The translations under genes and the position numbers were made by a program. A stretch of DNA of 59,303 bases from a virus (Duplodnaviria; Caudoviricetes): the IMG/VR virus record IMGVR_UViG_3300005573_000105, positions 1 to 59,303 of that record. The stretch is one strand, 5' to 3'. Of the stretch, positions 54,766-59,303 are shown one piece after another (position 1 is the stretch's first letter; the number at the start of each line of letters is the position of its first letter). Under the pieces are notes generated by a model that was not told the origin of the DNA, did not search any database, and saw only the letters and a program-made list of their open reading frames with translations.

Positions 54766-56559
54766 TTACCGTCCGGCTCCTCCTTTGAAATCAGGATCGG
54801 TAATACGCTTCCCAAACTGGTTCGGTGCCATAGCGCGCAACCCAATGATTCTTGCTGCCGCCTGAGTAGCACTATCGGGATCATTGGGATCAATGCTCTG
54901 ATAGGCTTTGGCGATCTCCGTATTGGTTGAGTCCTTGGCGTCATTGCCCATGATGGTGGCTACTCCGCCCTTCTCCATGCCTGTGAACAGGCGTGGCCGA
55001 TTGCCACTAAAAGGCATGCGCTCCAGGACAGCCATCTGCCCTTTCATGAATGCGCTTTCCTCGGACTGCTTGACCAGCTTCTCATTCAGCTCTTTGGTAG
55101 CCTCAGCCACGGCTTTCTGAATCGCCGTTGCGATGGCCGCTGCACTGTATGGGCTGTTGGTAGCAAACACCCCGGTGCCTTCCGTAGTACCTTCTGTCAT
55201 GTGCGTCTGCGGCAGAAGATCCACAGCATCGGCATTGGGTGAGGAAACGTCACCATCTTCCTCCGACTTTGGCGTCAGCGACTTCTCGCCAACCCAAGAG
55301 GAGTTCACCTTGCCGATGTTGGCAGAGGCAATGTCGTGCTCATCTGCCATCTTCGTCAGATGCTCGTTGAGTTTAATGAGGTGCTCTGCAATAGGGTTGG
55401 CATCGGCTTTGGCCAGCCCAGCGCATTTGGCAACTTCTTGCATGCACTTCCCGTGGAGTATCTGAGCCTTCTCCAGGTGGCGCTTTGCCTTCCGGAGAGC
55501 TTCTTTATGCCCCTCTGAGTAACGCTTCAGCAGGTCTTCATTCATGGTCGACTTCTCCTGTTTTGTGCTGCCGGGCCAATCGGCTGGCAGGTGATCTGTT
55601 GCTTTTAGTGCTTTTGCTCTCGATATGATATGGGCTTTCGCCTTCTCATAATCTCCTGCCCGTCCAACCGCCCGAACGGCGTTCTCAAGATCATCTACCG
55701 ATGCAATCGGAAACGACCCATCCGGAAGTGCTTCCCCAGATTCTGCGAGATGCTTGCGCTCCTTCTCGGTAAACTCGCGCTTGCCAACATTGCCGGCAAT
55801 ACGATCAAGTTTCGCTTGGAGTTCCGCATTCTGATCCTCTTCGTCTTGAAGCGCCCGATCCTTCGCTTTGTTTTCCTGCAGCTTCTTCTCCTCATCCCCC
55901 ATCGCGATGCCGTTGTTTTCAGCTGCTTTGAGAGGGTCAGTGTAGTTCGCGGGATGATCGATGACGTTGGGCAGGAAAGGATCTGTCTGCGCGTTGGTCC
56001 CAGTAGCCTTCCCTCCAGGCAAACTGAATCCATCCCTAGCTGCGGATGGGCCTGCTTTGGCTAGGCCCAGAAGATCTTTGCCAAGGTCCAGCAGCTTGCT
56101 GAATGCAGATGTATAAGGATTGGTTTCAGGTGTTCCGGGGGAGGCAACTTTGATAACCTCGATGCGGCAATCTGGATTGGCTGGACGGTCTACCAAGCTG
56201 ATTTCCATTAACTGGAGTTGCTGAATGGTGTCTCCAACTTTCTGGAGTTTCTTACCTCCAATTGAGAACCCCTTGTAGACCTTCTCCTTGCACTTCTGCC
56301 AGGCAGACTCGTCTACAACCTTGGCACCGATGTAGAGTCCAGTCCCGTCTACATGCGCCTCTTTCGTAACGCCAACAGCGCTGGATGTGTGCATCTCTCG
56401 GATGTTAGCCCAGCTCATGTAGTCCGGGAGGGCGGCCTTAATTGCCTCCAGTGTTACCACTTCACCCTGGCTGTCTTTCGATGGTGTTGACGCGTAGCCC
56501 CACACCATTCGCTTCTCCTCATCAATCTTCTCAATGGGCATGAAGTAGTTAAAGTCCAT
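54766..56559 (-). CDS. Prohead protease/scaffold fusion (XkdF/HK97-type) with inserted domain
   Basis: VWGYAST...DSQGE, IREMH, YKGFSIGG, EISLVDRPANP; internal ALPDGSFPI domain; coiled-coil C-terminus. Confidence 0.88.
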   Translation of the reverse strand: MDFNYFMPIEKIDEEKRMVWGYASTPSKDSQGEVVTLEAIKAALPDYMSWANIREMHTSSAVGVTKEAHVDGTGLYIGAKVVDESAWQKCKEKVYKGFSIGGKKLQKVGDTIQQLQLMEISLVDRPANPDCRIEVIKVASPGTPETNPYTSAFSKLLDLGKDLLGLAKAGPSAARDGFSLPGGKATGTNAQTDPFLPNVIDHPANYTDPLKAAENNGIAMGDEEKKLQENKAKDRALQDEEDQNAELQAKLDRIAGNVGKREFTEKERKHLAESGEALPDGSFPIASVDDLENAVRAVGRAGDYEKAKAHIISRAKALKATDHLPADWPGSTKQEKSTMNEDLLKRYSEGHKEALRKAKRHLEKAQILHGKCMQEVAKCAGLAKADANPIAEHLIKLNEHLTKMADEHDIASANIGKVNSSWVGEKSLTPKSEEDGDVSSPNADAVDLLPQTHMTEGTTEGTGVFATNSPYSAAAIATAIQKAVAEATKELNEKLVKQSEESAFMKGQMAVLERMPFSGNRPRLFTGMEKGGVATIMGNDAKDSTNTEIAKAYQSIDPNDPDSATQAAARIIGLRAMAPNQFGKRITDPDFKGGAGR

Positions 56560-56594
56560 CCGGGTTCTCCTCGTATACTACACGATCACCGATA

Positions 56595-56658
56595 CTCAGA
56601 ATAAAAGCCCGAGATAAACAAAGCCTTTGTTGAAGCTTCATCTACTCTCGGGCCTGAG
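56595..56658 (-). promoter_or_regulatory. Structured 5' leader of structural operon
   Basis: CTCAG/CTGAG and GCCCGAGA/TCTCGGGC enclosing AACAAAG-c-CTTTGTT and TGAAGCTTCA. Confidence 0.5.
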
Positions 56659-56681
56659 AGCTTCAGTACCTGTAGTTGCGT

Positions 56682-56710
56682 AGGTTAGAGAATATGCCGG
56701 GTGATGTCAA
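56682..56710 (-). promoter_or_regulatory. Sigma70-like promoter for structural operon
   Basis: TTGACA (56710-56705), 17 nt, TAACCT (56687-56682). Confidence 0.55.
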
Positions 56711-56778
56711 CTGGTAATCTTATGTGGGTAGTGTAACAAAGGGTTTGTTTTCCTGGTCATAGTATTCTCCTCGCAAGA

Positions 56779-57297
56779 CTACCTGTCCAACGGGTACAAC
56801 CGATATTCCACTACCTTTTTGTTCTGCGTGTCGTAATCGCACTCTATTGTGACTCTCCGGTATGCTCCAAAACCGTTTTGCAGGCTGGCTTTGTTTGAGA
56901 CAAGCGTCAATACTCCGGGCTTGTTTACATGACGCAGGTATGAATCAAATTTGCTCCCGAAAAAACCCACATTCCATTTGAAGTCATATTTCGCGATTGA
57001 TTGCAGATAGTCATCTGCGTGATCACCGCAATAGACAGTCGCGTCTATTCCATATTTCGCATCCAGGGCATTGGCATCTTCTAGTGGGTCAGCGGGTGAA
57101 GAGGTCGCCGTAGAAACTAGGGTAGGGGAGTAGTCGAAGCACCCCATCGCTCTGCCAGCAAAGTACAGGAGCACCATCATCACAGCGAATGAAGCAAATC
57201 GCTCTTTAGATCCCGGCCTCAGCTTCCCCCCGCAAGCTGGGCATAACTTCTTGCGAGAAGAGAATGGCGTATCTACGCCACATTTTAGACATTTCAT
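56779..57297 (-). CDS. Zinc-ribbon + TM + extracytoplasmic domain protein
   Basis: CLKC..CPAC, TM, QNGFGA motif. Confidence 0.7.
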   Translation of the reverse strand: MKCLKCGVDTPFSSRKKLCPACGGKLRPGSKERFASFAVMMVLLYFAGRAMGCFDYSPTLVSTATSSPADPLEDANALDAKYGIDATVYCGDHADDYLQSIAKYDFKWNVGFFGSKFDSYLRHVNKPGVLTLVSNKASLQNGFGAYRRVTIECDYDTQNKKVVEYRLYPLDR

Positions 57298-57300
57298 CGT

Positions 57301-57396
57301 TCACCGCTCCCTCCGTTTGGCTGCGATCACCATCCCCACCCCGTACAGACAGACGATGATAAAACTCAGTGTCAGCAAAAGCTCAAGCGGGCTCAT
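57301..57396 (-). CDS. 31-aa single-TM peptide
   Basis: MSPLELLLTLSFIIVCLYGVGMVIAAKRRER; ATGA-coupled to upstream gene. Confidence 0.55.
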   Translation of the reverse strand: MSPLELLLTLSFIIVCLYGVGMVIAAKRRER

Positions 57397-57656
57397 TTCT
57401 TTCCCTTTCCTTTCGTATCTCGGCACACTTCTGGCAGTAGCCGCCCGTCTTGCAAGCCACCCTCAATCCTCCCGATAGCGATCCGCCACATGTTTCCGAG
57501 CGAGAACAGCCAGCCCACAAATAGTATGGAAACGATTATCCAGTAGATTGGCGTCCCTGCGTGCCGGGAGACCACCAAGTGGACGGCAAACCCAATGGCC
57601 AGGATGCCAATCAGCGTTGCGGCGGTGGATACATAGAACAATACACGATTTTTCAT
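57393..57656 (-). CDS. Two-TM membrane protein
   Basis: GGAGG RBS; two hydrophobic helices. Confidence 0.65.
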   Translation of the reverse strand: MKNRVLFYVSTAATLIGILAIGFAVHLVVSRHAGTPIYWIIVSILFVGWLFSLGNMWRIAIGRIEGGLQDGRLLPEVCRDTKGKGKK

Positions 57657-57706
57657 TTTGTTTCCTCCATTCTGGTTTGCCGGGGTGCGACCCTGGGCGG
57701 ATCAGC

Positions 57707-58891
57707 TCATCCCTTGCAGACCTCTTTCCGGGCATCCATCCTATTGCCATCGATGTCCACTTCATAGCAGGGAGCGCAGACGCGGGGAGCTTTAACTTTG
57801 TCTGGATACCGTGCCTCCGGATGGACCACGATCTCGCTCACTTTGACCGGGCAGGCTACCCACTTCACGGCGTTTGGAGCATACTTGAGGGTCAGAAATG
57901 GTGCGGGGCTAAAGTGGAGTCCGCCCCCACACTCTTCTGCTCCTCCGTCCCAGTCCTCACACTGCGGTTTTGTGCCGGGAGTGTAGTTCCCACCGCGAGG
58001 AGATTTGTATTGCGCATCGACGCCTTTGTAGAGGATCGCCACGCCGCGCACTGGTTCCACCCCGTAGTTCGCCAGCCATTCGGCAGCGGTCTTCGGGGCC
58101 TTGTATTTGATTTCCACCCCCCCAACAGCCACGACGTCTGGCTCCAGGATGAGCACGGGTACTTGCGGGGTAGCCGTGACGGTGGCACTGCCCGACGCCG
58201 TGACGGTGGCACTGCCTGACGCCCTGACGCTGGCGCTATCCGACGCCCTGACGCTGGCGCTGTCCGACGCCGTGACAGTGACACTGCCCGAGGCCGTGAC
58301 GCTGGCGCTGTCCCGCGCCGTGACGCTGACACTGTTCCACGCCGTGACGCTGGCGCTGCCCGACGCCGTGACGCTAGCACTGCCCAACGCCGTGACGCTG
58401 GCGTTGCCCGACGCCCTGACGCTGGCGCTGCCCGACGCCCTGACGCTGGCGCTGTCCGAGGCGATGACGCTGGCGCTGTCCCACGCCCTGACCCTGGCAC
58501 TGCCCAACGCCGTCACGGTGGCACTGTCCGACGCCGTGACAGTGACACTGCCCGAGGCCCTGACGCTGGCGCTGTCCGACGCCGTGACAGTGACACTGCC
58601 CGAGGCCCTGACGCTGGCGCTGCCCGACGCCGTGACAGTGGCTCTGCCTAACGCCCTGACGCTGGCACTGTCCGAGGCGATGACGGTGGCACTGTCCCAC
58701 GCCGTGACGCTGGCACTGTCCGACGCCGTGACGGTGGCTCTGTCCCGCGCCGTGACGCTGACACTGTCCGAGGCCGTGACGCTGGCGCTGCCCGTTACGA
58801 CGTATACTCCGCTCCCAGTCAGGCAAACTTCAGCGGTGGGATTCTTCAGGGCCTCATCCATCTCGGCCTGTGTGGTAACTTTTACGATCAT
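57707..58891 (-). CDS. Early protein with 26 octapeptide repeats (beta-solenoid) and C-terminal conserved phage domain
   Basis: ASVTASDS-type repeats; LYKGV...ECGGGLHF...KVKA domain; first gene after promoter B. Confidence 0.8.
   Translation of the reverse strand: MIVKVTTQAEMDEALKNPTAEVCLTGSGVYVVTGSASVTASDSVSVTARDRATVTASDSASVTAWDSATVIASDSASVRALGRATVTASGSASVRASGSVTVTASDSASVRASGSVTVTASDSATVTALGSARVRAWDSASVIASDSASVRASGSASVRASGNASVTALGSASVTASGSASVTAWNSVSVTARDSASVTASGSVTVTASDSASVRASDSASVRASGSATVTASGSATVTATPQVPVLILEPDVVAVGGVEIKYKAPKTAAEWLANYGVEPVRGVAILYKGVDAQYKSPRGGNYTPGTKPQCEDWDGGAEECGGGLHFSPAPFLTLKYAPNAVKWVACPVKVSEIVVHPEARYPDKVKAPRVCAPCYEVDIDGNRMDARKEVCKG
58173..58793. repeat. Coding tandem repeat, ~26 x 24 bp
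   Basis: Consensus gccgtgacgctggcgctgtccgac, degenerate, no spacers. Confidence 0.95.
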
Positions 58892-58938
58892 CTCTTCGTC
58901 TCCTGCGGCTGCTGCCGCTGTAAGGGTTAATGTTTCGC

Positions 58939-59028
58939 CCTGATGTATTCATCATATATAATCATCAATCAAAGTCAAGAGAAAACTTTAGCAGAATGCT
59001 AAATTTCTGTGGAAAACTCTGTGGATAT
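58939..59028 (-). promoter_or_regulatory. Early sigma70 promoter cassette copy B (90-bp repeat)
   Basis: TTGACT (58978-58973), 16 nt, TATGAT (58956-58951); 4 mismatches to 1136-1225. Confidence 0.85.
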
Positions 59029-59050
59029 TTAGGAAATCTAAGGGGTGGTA

Positions 59051-59302
59051 CTAGGCAGCTTCCGTGAGGAGCTGCCCAGCCACTTTGGTTAATTCCAGTT
59101 GACGTTCTGGCGACTCAGACTGACCAGCCACCCAAGACATTGCGTTAGACAGTCTCCATTGCGTGTTGCCGGCAGGAACGGCCTCAACACCCCCGAGCTC
59201 AAAGATGCCAAGTGCCCTTTCTCCCTCGGATTTCGTGACTACTCCTCGTGTGGTCAGATTCTTGATGGCTGCCTGAACCTGCACCAACGACAACTCCTTA
59301 CT
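59051..59302 (-). CDS. DUF932-like protein, C-terminal part (continuation of 846..1)
   Basis: ...IDAIKAA joins SKELSLVQ...NTQWRLSNAMSW in frame if base 59303 duplicates base 1. Confidence 0.65.
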   Translation of the reverse strand, partial: SKELSLVQVQAAIKNLTTRGVVTKSEGERALGIFELGGVEAVPAGNTQWRLSNAMSWVAGQSESPERQLELTKVAGQLLTEAA

Positions 59303-59303
59303 G

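Noticed and set aside
58173-58793. Possible CRISPR array or DGR repeat
   Set aside because: Contiguous degenerate 24-bp coding repeats with no unique spacers; no cas or reverse transcriptase gene in the window
57892-58943. Alternative-frame ORFs 58101..58943(+), 57892..58500(-), 58374..58826(-)
   Set aside because: By-products of a stop-free tandem repeat; only 57707..58891 has a promoter, RBS and a conserved C-terminal domain

Overview
The window looks like an essentially complete, circularly permuted genome (~59.3 kb) of a contractile-tailed dsDNA phage with a P2/Mu-like tail. One minus-strand ORF runs off position 1 and resumes in frame at 59302, implying a 1-nt terminal overlap. No integrase, repressor, tRNA or CRISPR array was seen. 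Modules: (i) a leftward replication/recombination operon (1.3-20.9 kb) with DnaB-like helicase, primase, UDG-fused family A polymerase, beta clamp, clamp loader, gp32-like SSB, RecA, SbcCD and resolvase, interleaved with a full 7-deazaguanine DNA-modification set (folE, queD, queE, queC, queF, dpdA; predicted dPreQ1); (ii) a rightward terS-terL-portal-GIY-YIG-gpF block plus an early SNF2 block; (iii) a long leftward structural/lysis operon (56.6 to 29.2 kb); (iv) early genes behind repeated sigma70 promoter cassettes. The most unusual observation: the tail-fibre/spike-like proteins carry N-terminal Sec-type signal peptides (Gln at +1) and sequentially paired cysteines, no ordinary gpH fibre follows gpI, and gpI has three repeated C-terminal domains. 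This suggests receptor-binding fibres that are exported, folded with disulfides and docked onto the virion at or after lysis (hypothesis). Other highlights: a candidate -1 frameshift at the end of portal into a gpF-like frame cut by a homing endonuclease, a T4-e-like RBS-sequestering hairpin on the endolysin, an apparently permuted DpdA and DnaA-box-like sites next to early promoters. All calls are from motif recognition by eye; no searches were run.
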